Origin: Octopus sinensis
Taxonomy: Eukaryota
Assembly (NCBI RefSeq): GCF_006345805.1
Contig: NW_021832374.1
Coordinates: forward strand, 1-64,000
Length of the DNA stretch: 64,000 nt
Direction of reading: 5' to 3'
In this document: one piece after another, positions 1 through 11,524 of the stretch
Position numbering within the stretch: position 1 is the stretch's first letter
Layout of the letters: every line of letters starts with the position of its first letter
Program-made: the position numbers and the translations under genes
The notes under the pieces: generated by a model
The model's input: the letters and a program-made list of their open reading frames with translations, nothing else
The model's database searches: none
Told to the model about the DNA's origin: nothing

Positions 1-445
1 TTCCCAGTAAACAACAGAGTTTCTTATCCACTCCAAGACGACTCCAGTGCCATCCAAATCACACTGAAATTCATCAATATGTTTAGACCTTATTTAAACA
101 AAGTAATAACGGCAAATTAAATTTAAGCATTGAACAGGTGTAGAGCATGTTGACCATAAAAGTAACTGGGTCACGACCACGTTTGAATCGGTGATATACA
201 ACACCACCGTGGGAAATGATGATGTTTGTAAAATATTAATATCTGGGGAGACAGAGAGTCGCCTTGGAGTATACCACGTTCTATATTAACAGTTCCTGGC
301 TGTTTTTTCCCAATCTCAGAGAGACTTTCCAGTTTTGAATAATTGACATAATAAAACTAGTTATCAAAATAAGCAGTCCAGAGTTTTCCAGGATTTCAAC
401 AAGAAAGTCATGACTAACTGAGTCAACTGCCTTATCATGAATTTT
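1..445 (-). mobile_element. Degenerate non-LTR retrotransposon RT fragment (R2/NeSL-like)
   Basis: Minus-strand translation gives DKAVDSVSHDFLVEILEN and, after a frameshift, GTVNIERGILQGDSLSP (RT motifs). Confidence 0.7.
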
Positions 446-477
446 ATGGAATAACATCCCATATTTATTCTAAATTT

Positions 478-643
478 AAAAATTATTATATTGATTCAAC
501 AAATTATTATATTGATTCGAAAAATTATTATATTGGTTCGAAAAATTATTATATGATTCGAAAAGTTATTATATTGGTTCGAAAAATTATTATATGATTC
601 GAAAAGTTATTATATTGGTTCGAAAAATTATTATATTGATCCG
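478..643. repeat. ~21-bp tandem repeat, about 8 copies (AAAATTATTATATTG(A/G)TTCGA)
   Basis: Directly visible. May be subterminal repeats of a DNA-transposon end. Confidence 0.85.
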
Positions 644-1055
644 AAAACCCTATATAAAAATAGTTGGTGTTGGGGGGAAGATGGTTACCTTAAAATCGTA
701 AGAATCGCTTTCATTATCCGATTCTTGGTTAATTAACTAAAAATGAGACATCTATAATTATAATTTTAAATCTCAACTGATGTTTATTGATGCCAGGATG
801 ATGTTTTACTATTGTTTTGGATCCACATTTTTGGTCAATACCAGTGTCTTACTAGGCAGAAGACATAACATATTCAGTCCTGTAAGGCACTCCTTCGTCT
901 ACTTAGAAAGTTGGTGATCAATAGTTTGAGCTTTCCTAGAAACTTGTTTTAAATTATTTTCCTTAATAGAATCTTCCTCAAAACTAAGTCGAAAGCTATG
1001 TCTATATCGACGGAACAGAGTTAATATAATTGATAAATTGCCTTCTTTCATCAGA

Positions 1056-1112
1056 AGGTCGGCAGTCGGCAACTCCAGAGAGAGTTCGTTGAAGGGGAGT
1101 AGAACCTCTCGG
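1056..1112 (-). repeat. 57-bp fragment of the CRE-like element at 41.5-43.3 kb
   Basis: Reverse complement nearly identical to 42667-42723. Confidence 0.8.
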
Positions 1113-1194
1113 GCAACATTTTGGTATCAACAATTAGTTAAATTCAACAATTAATAGCATATAAACAAAGAATTATTTCCGACTATGTCCAAAA

Positions 1195-1487
1195 AGATTC
1201 TTTATGAATTTCGTTTTTTGAATGAATTTTAAATTTGCCAAATAACCAAAAAAATATTGCATCCATAACTTGCATTGACAAAAACGGAATTACAGGAAAA
1301 ATGATTTATTTTCTTAAAGAAAAACTACCCTTGAAAAATGGAAATACAATTTGGGATGCTAAAGCAAGTGATAACAGAAAAGGTTTAATGACTGGTACGG
1401 ATTACCAGGAATAATGTCTAACATGTTATTAAAACAGCATGAAACTCCACCCAGATTCAATTACCATCTTATTATTATAACATCTAG
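1195..1487 (+). repeat. Dispersed ~270-bp repeat, second copy at ~40418-40683
   Basis: Both loci share AATGAATTTTAAA..TTGCCAAATAACCAAAAAAATATTGCATCCATAACT through CATGAAACTC..CCCAGA..CAATTACCA. Confidence 0.8.
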
Positions 1488-2665
1488 ACTCCCAGGCAAT
1501 AAAAACTATAATACTCATGTTTAATTTATCAATACAAGCACCATTCCGGACTTTAGAAAAAGTCTTATATAACGACTAGCAAACCAAACAAAACTCATAG
1601 CAAATTAAGAAATGATGAAAGTAGAAGATAGTTTTTCCTGTTTTATAAGTTTTTTTTATTAAAAGCGGGTGTTGAACGCTAGGAAATTCATGACATCCCA
1701 TTTATATTTAGAATCCGTATGTGGTGAGATGTCAATGACGCTTAACTCGTCAACCCCTAACGGAGCTCCCGGCACAGGCAGCCGGTGTGAGTTGAACCCG
1801 AGACCGAGAAAGTTGCCAGCAAATATCGAATAAGGTAGTTAATTAAATGACATACTTGTAAACTATTAATAAAATGAATTTTATTTATCGTTCGTCGTTT
1901 CACTTGATTTAAAAATTATCTTTTTTTACATCTGGAATGATTAGAAAAAAACTAATTAACTATTTAACTAAGTAATAAGGCTTCAGACTAAATAAGGGGT
2001 GTCACTCAACAGATATCCTTTTTTGGTCTTTTTAAATCTCTGAGAAAATACAGTCCGAGGCCTCTGGATGACTAAATGTCAGGAAAAGACTGGATCGGCA
2101 AGCATCAGATAAATTTTAAAAAGTCTTAAATAATACCGAAAACTTAAAAAACACTTTAAAAAATCGCCAAATACGTCTTCGTCGTCTAAAAATCGGTTTT
2201 CGAAACATTAGTTTGTGCACCATTTTTGACGTATTTTTTCGCGACAGGAAATTCGAAAACTATTATTCGTCTTTATTATCATTTTCAACAACGTGGCAGT
2301 ATAAGAAGTGAGAGGTGTAATATATCTCTACAGACCCTGCATCTTTAAAATGCCATTTCAAAGCCAAGTCTATCCCCAACCACTTTTCATTGAAGTGTGA
2401 CTCCTCTCAATTCCCAACTCATCCGAGAACAATGAAATACAGCAATATTAATACACGTTCTCTTGAATTTAGTAAACATATATTTAAATTCGCGTTTTAA
2501 ATTTTTTACTCGTCCCACACACTTATACGATCCGTTTCAAGTTCAAAAGCACGAGGTTACAGTCGGCTAACAAATTCGTAGACAACAGTTAAAACCTTAT
2601 GACAGTTTAATGCCATTCAAGATTTAATGTGGCAACTGGCCTATGTTAGACTGGCGAACAAATGT

Positions 2666-2734
2666 ACGTGATCCCAATACACTCAACCAGGGACTTCATC
2701 CTCGCTCGGTGTTCTATCCACGAGCCCACACAAG
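2666..2734 (-). mobile_element. 3'-terminal fragment of LINE family B
   Basis: Encodes SCVGSWIEHRARMKSLVECIGIT and is near-identical to 14840-14910. Confidence 0.7.
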
Positions 2735-2909
2735 ACCGCACCGGGTGGCTCATATCCAAAATTGTATTGGAAAAAAGATGTCAATCATCCGGAAGTACGT
2801 CTAAGCACGACTAAAAGATGGTAATTACATATTTAGATTTCCTTATTTTTGGTTTTAGACTAAATAAATGCGGCCCTCAATGGGAAATTATTAAAAACAA
2901 AGCTACTGC

Positions 2910-3936
2910 GTTTGACACCCCTGAATTAGTCGTTCTCTCTCAAATTTGTGTTTCAATACTGTGTCACATGACAATTCTATCAATTTTTCCTTTTCAAAAG
3001 TTTAAAATAAAAATTCATAATTTTCTTCATCAATAAATTGCTACTATATCCATGTGAACGTTTTATAGTCGAGATTTTTAAAATAATTAGCAAATCAGCA
3101 AATATGTTTTTGTTTGCTTCAATGTTTACTATGGGACAAAAATTATTTAAAAGTAGAAACATTTCATAGATTTTTTTCGTTATGTTCGATTTCCAAATTT
3201 CAATTTTATAATCAATACTTTTACTTTGTCTTTTTGAGTGAATGATTACAGCTGTGGTCTCTGCACTAATTTATTTAATCTCACAAAAATTTGAGCCAAA
3301 TAGGCAAATTTGACAATAAACTTATCATTTCTGAACAATTTTGCATCTTCAATGTCATTTTCATCAATAAAATCTGCAACTTGATCTTTGAGCTCAAACA
3401 CCATTTTTGCACAAGATACCCAGCGGACCTCACAATAAAATAAAACTGATGAAACCAACTGATCCAAAAGAACTTAAGATATGTCATCGATGCTTTATCT
3501 GTAGACGGTATTTGCCGTAATTGTTTGGCATAATATTCGCCAAACATTGTTTCAACCATATCAATGGCTGCTTGCAAAATTAGAGTTTCTCAGATATTGT
3601 GCAGTTTCTTAGATTTTCCAAATTTTGCAGGAAACTTTTTACGTAGCTAATAAAGCATTTGATGAGACAAAAATATGTTTTTTTAACGTTTCCGTTTGTT
3701 TATTGTATTCCTCTAATTTTATTGAAAAATTCTTCAGACTTATAGACATATTCAGAATTTATCGTTTCAAAATGTATTTTTAATTTTGATGGCTTCATAC
3801 TATCTGATGTAATTGTTTTAAAACAAAGCAAACAGAGGGATATTTCCAAGCCATCAACAATAATACGCGTGAATTCTAATAATAAATCGGATGGACAATT
3901 TTTTTTATCTTTGGAGTCGTAATAATTATATTCCAA
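2910..3936 (-). mobile_element. Degenerate hAT (Charlie/ZBED5-FAM200-like) transposase remnant with a hAT TIR at 2910-2923
   Basis: Motifs CLLCFKTITSDSMKPSKLKIHFET, AAIDMVETMFGE and FYCEVRWVS...FAYLAQIF; TIR GTTTGACACCCCTG. Confidence 0.7.
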
Positions 3937-4364
3937 TTATTTTGACTATTTGAACCACCTTCAATATCTTTATTATTCGTAAATTTTCTTTTTTAACCAC
4001 TCGAAAATTTATCCATGTTGAACCTATTTAAATTAAATTTTTGTCAGAATATAATCACGATTTTTATATAAATCTAACTTAAAAAAAATATTTTTGAGAA
4101 GTGTCTCCCTTGACACAAGTCAAAGCTGAGTCTAATCCACAAGACGACTGTTAAGATAGTCTCCTTTTTTTAATCTGAGACGGTATTGTTTCAAATTCCT
4201 GAGAGCCTACAGTGGGGCAAAAAAGTCATGGAACGCTTGCATATTTTGATTAAATTTAATAATTCTCTACTAAAATAATATCAAAAATTGTAGTTTAAAA
4301 AGAAATTAGAAATATAAAAAATTTTAGATTAATTGTTGAAAAAACTAAACTTGAGATATTTATA

Positions 4365-5064
4365 CAGTACGACCTCGAATTGGGGAAAACCAAGTAGCGG
4401 GGAAATCCTCTTATTTGAGGAAAACCTTGTTTTGGGGAAAATATTTTCGCCATGCCTATAAAATACGATGATTTTTAATGAAATAAACCCCCTACTGGGG
4501 AAAACTAAATCAAAATGAAAAGATTAGAATTTAAAAAGATATACAGTCGGGTCATAAGGATAAAATGAGTTGTGAAGGATTTAACATCTCTAAAAGAATC
4601 CTATACTAAAAAAGAAAAGGGAAGGAATCCTACCTCAAGGCTACATAACATCCGAAGGGACAATTGGATACGAATTGAATGCCTAGGTTTACGAGATTTT
4701 TCGTTATCTCAGGTCAAAAGGTTTCCCAATCAATGGGCCAACCTTACAGCTTATTACATGTAAAATTGCATATAGAAATTGAAATCACGATTTCACTGTT
4801 TCTAATGGATGACTTTACAGATTCAAGAAACAATTCGACATAAAATTCAGAATTTTACATGGAGAATCACGATAAGCTGATAAAGGATGTGCGGAAAACT
4901 TCCGATCGACTTTCAATGATTAAAAATAAAAATTGTAGTTATTCGTCTCTGTTATATTATTAAGGTAGGATATCGAACAGGAGAGACCTAAATTTAATGA
5001 AAAACCTTTTTTTGAAGAAAACCTCAAAATTGGGGAAAAATTTCTCCAATTCGAGGTCGCACTG
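4365..5064 (+). mobile_element. pogo/Tigger-like non-autonomous element, 700 bp
   Basis: TIRs CAGT(A/G)CGACCTCGAATTGG(G/A)GAAA flanked by TA. Internal CENP-B HTH remnant SNG*LYRFKKQFDIKFRILHGES. Confidence 0.85.
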
Positions 5065-5771
5065 TACTGCCATAATTAACGATTTTTATGTAAAATCAAT
5101 TTATTGAAGTAAAAAAGTCATGGAACGAAATCGAATTAATATTTAGTTGCGTTTCTTTTTGCTAGTAGCACTGCTTCAAATCATTTGACATTCAAATAGA
5201 CTAGTATTTTCCCTTTGTTCATAGCAAATTGCTTTTGTGAATATTTTTTGGTTTCCTTGAACCAAATTTTATTTTAAAAAATTTTACCTAAATGTTGATT
5301 GGATTGAGGTCTGGTAATTACTTAGTTTCCAAAGCATTTATTTTGTCCCTTAGTAACCATTCAATAGTCATTATGGAATGTTCATTATTGTATCAAATTT
5401 AATTTAGCGACCGAACGAAACGAATATTCTTCTAGGATTTCGCCATATTTTATTCAATTCGTTATTCTATCTATTACAAATAATTCACTGATGCCTGATG
5501 ATAAAAAACAGCCACACAGCACGATGCTTCTTCCCCTGTCCTTTATGGTAGGTATGGTGTATTTTGGTTATTTGTCTGATTGGATTTACGCCAAATTGAA
5601 GGCGTGTAATTCAGTCCAAAAAGTTGTATTTTTTATTCGTCCGACCATAAAATTAATTATGAATTCATTTTCTTTATTTAAAAGATATTTGGTCTTTTTA
5701 ATTCTTGCAGAAATGTGAATTTTCAGAAATATTTATTTGAAATTCATGAAAATAGTTAATTAAAATAAGTT

Positions 5772-6099
5772 GCAAAAGTGAAAGTAATCCCTGTTGTAAT
5801 GACCTGGGATGGAATTGTCTCAAGATTTTTCAAGGGTCATCTTGATGTCCTCAAGCTGGAAGAAAGAGTGAGAGCATATATTCAGACAGTGGTTCTGAGG
5901 AAGACATTGGAAAGCATGCAAGCTGAATAGAGGCATGGTATATCGATACCTAGTGAGGAGAAAGCTGAAACGGAATGTCAACCAAGGGCAGCCTCAGAAT
6001 GTGGAGTGTGCTTCGACGAGAACACACCCATACGGTCACTGGATTATGGGCCCAAAAAGAGAAGATTAAGCTAATTAATTAATTACTTTACATGGATTT
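5772..6099 (+). mobile_element. 3' end of an R2/NeSL-like (RLE-domain) retrotransposon
   Basis: KVKVIPVVMTWDGIVSR...LDVLKLEERVRAYIQTVVLRKTLESM; near-identical inverted copy at 32648-32972. Confidence 0.75.
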
Positions 6100-6342
6100 G
6101 TTGTTTAAATAATAAATTAGTCTTTGTTTAAAATGAGTTAAAAAAAATAAAAGCTATCAAAAATAGTGATCATTATAAAAAATGTCCAATTAAAAAAAAG
6201 ATAGTTGTTCCATGACTTATTTGTCCTTTTTCAATTGCATGATGAAGAGAATTTGCCTTGAACATTCCTGTAGCCAATATTATGACCTAGAACAGTGATT
6301 TTTAACGGGGCGCTAGAATTTAATTATTATAAATATTTGTAT

Positions 6343-6937
6343 TATGTCGCGAGCGCAGCGCGCGACCGAGCGCTAGACGCGACTTTGACAGCTAACAAGC
6401 CTATCATCAACAAATATATTTATTAAATTATTTAAAATTTTAACATGATTTAAAATTAAAATTGAAATAACTTAAGTTTTCCATTGAATCCCATAAAATA
6501 ATTTATAAGTAGACCTTAATAGAAAAGTAAAATCAATGAATACTGAACGCTAATTTGATTTAGGTTGTGAGGGGGGGTAATAATTTGACAGATCTCATTG
6601 TTATTTTTTCGTTTTAATCTCTAAAATTAGGTCTTCTAATCAAAAATGAACTGTGCTGACAGGCGTGCTCCTTCAGAAGATTCTTGTTTTGACATTTAAA
6701 TAAATTATGAAGCATTTAGATTTTTTCTCATTATTCTAAAATATCAATTATAAATTTTAAAATATTATTTTTATTTATGAAATCGGTTTTAAAGCTCATT
6801 CTGCTTTGGCATCGATTTTAATTTTTGTTATCGAATATATTTAATCCCAAATACAAGCCTAGGTATTTGTCAATTTATAGATTTTTTGATTGATCGGATC
6901 TAGAAATTGAGTGGTCGCTCGCTGCGCTCGCGACATA
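6343..6937. mobile_element. MITE-like element bounded by 25-bp GC-rich inverted repeats
   Basis: TATGTCGCGAGCGCAGCGCGCGACC (6343-6367) vs GGTCGCTCGCTGCGCTCGCGACATA (6913-6937), one mismatch. Confidence 0.6.
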
Positions 6938-7089
6938 TTAATTATTTTTCTAATTTGAAATATAATTATGAAAATCGTCTTATGATAATCAAATATTTAC
7001 AAAAAATTCAAAGATGCTGGAAAAAGACCTATTAGCATCATACAAAATATCACAATTGATAGCGAAATCAGGGAAATCTCATACTATTG

Positions 7090-7443
7090 GAGAGTCATTA
7101 ATCTCATACTATTGGTGAGTGCTAAATTTAATGGTTGATCGTGATTCTGAATAGATAATATGATTTTGAAGCTAAAGTTATTTTTAATAAACATGGATAT
7201 CAAAAATTTTGACTTACATATAGACAAAATATTCTCAATTGTTGAATGACATTGAAACAATAATAATAGCTTTTCCTTTAATATATTTATAGTTGAAGAG
7301 GATTTAGTGCTTTCTCCAATATTTTGACCAAAAAAAATAAATTGCAAATTGTGAATAGAAGAGATTTTAGACTTAATCTGTCAAATAGTGAAGCTGACAT
7401 AAAGAAACTAACAAATTTTCATCGGGCTCAAGGCAATCATTAA
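7090..7443 (+). mobile_element. hAT transposase C-terminal remnant
   Basis: KLQIVNRRDFRLNLSNSEADIKKLTNFHRAQGNH* resembles the FAM200/SCAND3-type C-terminus. Confidence 0.55.
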
Positions 7444-7486
7444 AATTTTTAATTACTAAAAGTTTTGCTTATGAATATTCTTTTTA

Positions 7487-8030
7487 CAGTCCGACCTCTA
7501 AATGGGGCACTAAGTGCCTCAAATCAGAGGTTTCCCCAAAAAAGAGGTTTTTCAAAAAGCTCAATAAATAAAGAAAAAGAACATTATTTTTTAAAATAAT
7601 CAGTTAATTTTTCTCCATATTTATATTTATTTTTAATTCCTAACGACACTTTCTTTCTGAATTCATAAAAATCATGAAGAGAATCTGGAATCAAATCAAA
7701 GATGTTTGTCTCTAAGTCTCTGTCTTTTTTTTGTACATTATGGATAATCTCCTCTCAGAATGTTCTTTCTTTAAAAGATGATCAGCAATCTTCAACTTGG
7801 TTTCATAATTCAAAGGCATTACACAAGAAATTTGAAATGAAACGTGTCTTAAAATATTTATTTTTTAATTTGTATAATTAATTTTATTTAATAAAAATCA
7901 ATGCCCCAAATAGAGATGTTAAAATTAATTGATTTTTTATAATTTGGTTAAAAAATTTATAATGCCCCAAAACAGAGTTTTCCCCAAAAAAGAGGTGCCC
8001 CACCCCTAGAGGTGCGCCCCAATTAGAGGA
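7487..8030 (+). mobile_element. pogo/Tigger-like MITE, right end degenerate
   Basis: TA|CAGTCCGACCTCTAAATGGGGCAC, related to the TIR at 4365. Subterminal CCCCAAAAAAGAGG motif at both ends. Confidence 0.6.
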
Positions 8031-8429
8031 TTTGTTTAAGTTTTAACATGTGTGAATGAATTTCAAGGTTCGTTAAAGCAACGAAACTATTAGTACAAAT
8101 TCCATTTACAAAAGTATCAATTCTTTTAACAGCTTTGATACTTTCTTTGTATTTACAACATTCAGATTCCAAATCGGAAGAAATTATTGACATTGTTTGA
8201 ATAGATATTAAGGTATGAGAAGAGGTTATCTCACGTATTTTTCCTGTAACTTTCTTTATAGCCAATGAAAGGCCTAAATGAGCACATTTTGACACAAATA
8301 AATAACCTGATTTATATTCACGTCAAAAGTTGTTATATATTTAAAAGATAATTCATATGAATTATAATACTGTAAACTCTCTCGAATCCGCTATTTATTA
8401 TTAGAACCAAGATCACCGTCCAAAACATA

Positions 8430-9522
8430 GAACTAATTAATCAAGTAAACCCGGCTTCTCTGAGGAGGGTCTTCATATTTGCCCGGTGCTGCTCGCTAGT
8501 CCCGACACAATTTCTGCCCGGTGCTGCTCGTGGTAGAGTTTTAAGGCCTGTAGATACATGGTTCCTTCCCAAGATTTCTTTAAATGAGGCAAAGGATAGA
8601 TGTTCATCTGGTCCTTGTAGTGCTTTCCGAAATCTTTCTTGAATTTTTTCGCGGTTCGTTTCACTGACAAACACTTCCCACGCCCGAAAAGCATAACTAA
8701 TGGAGGGTTCGGCGTATTGCCGGTAGATCGATTGGCGTGTGGGGAAGCTGATCCATTGTTTGCATTTTCAGAGGAACATTTTTAAGATTTTCAGTTTCTT
8801 CATGCAGCTAGTAGTAACATTTTCAACTTGTTAAAAGAAATGGCTATCGTAAGTCACGCCGAGGATTTTCTAGGATTTTTTAAACGGGATTTCCATGTTG
8901 TTTATATATAAATTCACCACCATTTTCCCAAGCTTCCTTGCTTAAATCAGAAACGTGAAGACTGATTTTTCAGGACTCGTTGATAGTCGATTTATCGAAA
9001 GCCAACTTTCGAGATTGTTGACATCAATCTTGTATTGTTGGATCCTGCTTCTTCGGCCGCTGAGGAATTTAGCTAATCACTTTTCAGTTTTGGGTGAATT
9101 TCAATAAGTTATATTTTCCTGGTCAGTATTTTCCTGGGAACGGAGTCAAAAGCTTTATAGATATCCACTGAGGACATAACCGTTTTTTGGTTATACGGTT
9201 TGGCAGATAGGCCACCTGAGATGAAGTTTCTCAAAGTGACAAGGTGCGAAATGGTTGATTTACTACATTTAAATCTATGTTGAAAATCCAAATCCGGGAG
9301 ATATTGTTTGATGTGATTGAGTATAAGTTTTTCCAGAACTTTGGATATGACACAGAGGAGAGATATTGGCCTGCAGGACGCCGGGTTGTCTTTTGGTCTC
9401 CCTAGTTTCAGAATAGTACGAATGTGTGCCATTTTCCACAATGTGGGTATTGAGTTGTTGTTTATAGAAAAATTGTGAATTTGACAAAAGGCTGATATTG
9501 CCACCTTTCCTAGGTTTTTCAC
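8430..9522 (-). mobile_element. Degenerate LINE (I/Jockey-like) RT to 3' end, family B
   Basis: WKMAHIRTILKLGRPKDNPASCRPISLLCVISKVLEKLI...VDIYKAFDSV; C-terminus CVGTSEQHRANMKTLLREAGFT*. Confidence 0.8.
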
Positions 9523-9643
9523 CAGAATAGTAAGATTTTAATTATTTTTTCATTTTTTATTAATTTAAGTTAATTTTAATGGGATTGTTTAATTTTAAAT
9601 GGGTTTGTCTATTGTCGATGCGGCTGCAATCAAGTCTGATGAG

Positions 9644-11524
9644 TAGGGCAATTTTTTGCCTAAAATGCCTTTTTGCACCAAAAGGTCTATTTATTTAAAT
9701 AATTAATTTAAGCTATAATTTAATTAAAATAGATTTATCTACAACGAGTTATAAATGCCTTAAATGCTTAAAAAATTGTTAAGGTCCTAAAAAATTTTTT
9801 TAAGGTCCTAAAAATTTTTTTAAGGTCTTAAAAATTTTTAAAATAAATTATTTTTAAATGTTACAAAAAAATATTTTAAAAATAACAAATTAGGCACGCT
9901 ATAAATTACTTTTTTGTGTTCAAATGCCACGTGTACGTTCTACAATAAAGTCTAAAGCTCTAAAAGCCTATGAAACTTACGTAAAAGAATTCACAGTGAT
10001 TAAAGGCAGTCTATATTGTAAAATATGTATGATCTACGTCAATGCATCAAAAAAATATTATATTGATCAGCATAGACAATCTACAAAACATCTAAAGCTT
10101 TTGAGTAATTTAAAATTATTTTTTTTAGATAACAATGAAGGATTCCAACAATCCTTAGATTCCCTATTCAACGGTCAAACCGAAACGGAAGACTTTCAGA
10201 GTATGCCGATGGAAGTTGCCAAAGCCTTTTCTGAAGCAAACATTCCTCTTCATAAGCTCAATAATCCAAGCTTAAAGGGATTGTTTGAAAAATTGAATAT
10301 TTCGCTTCCTTCCCAGTCAGCCTGTCGCAATTGTATTCCTGCAATCAGTGAACAAAAATTATCCAAGTATAAAAGTGATCTAAGGTTAACAAATGATTAA
10401 TTTTTAGATCTCAAAAGATTTTTATGGTTGTTGACGAGGGTGACGTAAATGGACAGAAGTTTGTAGTTGTTCTCATTGGGAATATCGCTTATCCAGAGAA
10501 GACCTATTTAATTTCGTGTGAACCTTTATATGAATCTGTAACTGCTAACACAATTCTTCAGATTATCGATGAAGAGATTAAAAAATTCGAGATTATACGC
10601 AATAATTTTCTTCTTTTTCTTTCTGATGCAGCCCCGTATATGATTTTGGGTAGTTTGTTGAATTATTTTTAGCCGGAAAAACATTGAAAATGCTTTATCC
10701 TAGGATGTTCCATGTAACATGTGTTGCACATTTGTTACATAATTGCTGTCTCAGAGTAAAGGCGTATTATTCGGACGTTGATAATCTTATTGCGACTATA
10801 AAGACATCAATAGTGAAAAACAAAACTAGAAAAAAAATGTTTTCTACAATTGGTTATCCGCCCGACGTCATCATAACTAGATGGGGTAGTTGGCTGCAAG
10901 CAGCATACTATTATGCAAATAATTTTGTATCAATTGCTGAAATTGTGGAGAATTTCAAAGACGACGGAATATTAGTTAAAAAAGTAAAACAAGCAATTGA
11001 ATCGCCAACCTTAAGAAAAAGTCTAATGGAAATAAATGAAAATTATCAGATACTTAATCAAATATTGAAAAAAATGGAATCCACAAGTTATACAATAAAT
11101 GATGCACATTCAGATCTTTGTTTGTTAAAATTTCCGTCTGATAATGCAGAAATAAATGAATACATACAAAAAAGATTACACAAAAATGACATAGAATCAA
11201 TTATAGAAATGGAGAAAAGTAATATCTCCCCTGAAGAATATGGACTAATAAGAAAATGTCAGTGTACATCATCAACCGTTGAAAGAGCATTTTCTATGCT
11301 TAAAAAATTAATTACTAAAGATAGAGGTTTCAATGCGGAAAATGTCAAAAATTATTTAATACCTTACTATAACAAATAATTTTTTACGACTTTTTGATTT
11401 AATACCTTATTAAAATGTGCCTAAAAATGTAGAATAAAGTCCTAAAAATTAAAAATAAAGTCCTAAAATGCCTATTTTTAAGGTCCTAAAAATAAATTTT
11501 AAGTGCCTGAAAAAAATTGCCCTA
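9644..11524 (+). mobile_element. Apparently complete hAT element (CGGBP-like transposase), 1881 bp
   Basis: 14-bp TIR TAGGGCAATTTTTT; perfect 8-bp TSD CTGATGAG (9636-9643 / 11525-11532); subterminal GTCCTAAAA repeats. Confidence 0.92.
9924..11379 (+). CDS. hAT transposase, 4 exons (introns 10105-10128, 10385-10407, 10650-10672), 461 aa spliced
   Basis: The three ORFs join in frame after removing 24, 23 and 23 nt GT-AG introns. BED-like CKIC..H, MVVDE, SDAAPYMILAGKTLKMLYP, HVTCVAH, TRWGSW and SSTVERAFS. Confidence 0.88.

Larger units (their letters stand above)
4210..6226 (-). mobile_element. Degenerate Tc1-like element hosting two nested insertions
   Basis: Left end TA|CAGTGGGGCAAAAAAGTCATGGAAC and degenerate right TIR GTTCCATGACTTATTTGTCC. 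Minus-strand remnants TIKDRGRSIVLCGCF (cf. TVKHGGGSIMVWGCF) and PDLNPI. Confidence 0.65.

Noticed and set aside
1730-1835. tRNA or SINE (GGGTTCAACTC B-box-like on the minus strand)
   Set aside because: No A-box or cloverleaf could be built, and there is no second copy in the window.
8023-8295. Transposase-like peptide (HLGLSLAIKKVTG)
   Set aside because: The resemblance is vague and no termini were found, so there is too little to assign.
9636-9643. CTGATGAG hammerhead-ribozyme core (also 11525-11532)
   Set aside because: The two copies are the 8-bp TSD of the hAT element; there are no matching stems or GAAA.
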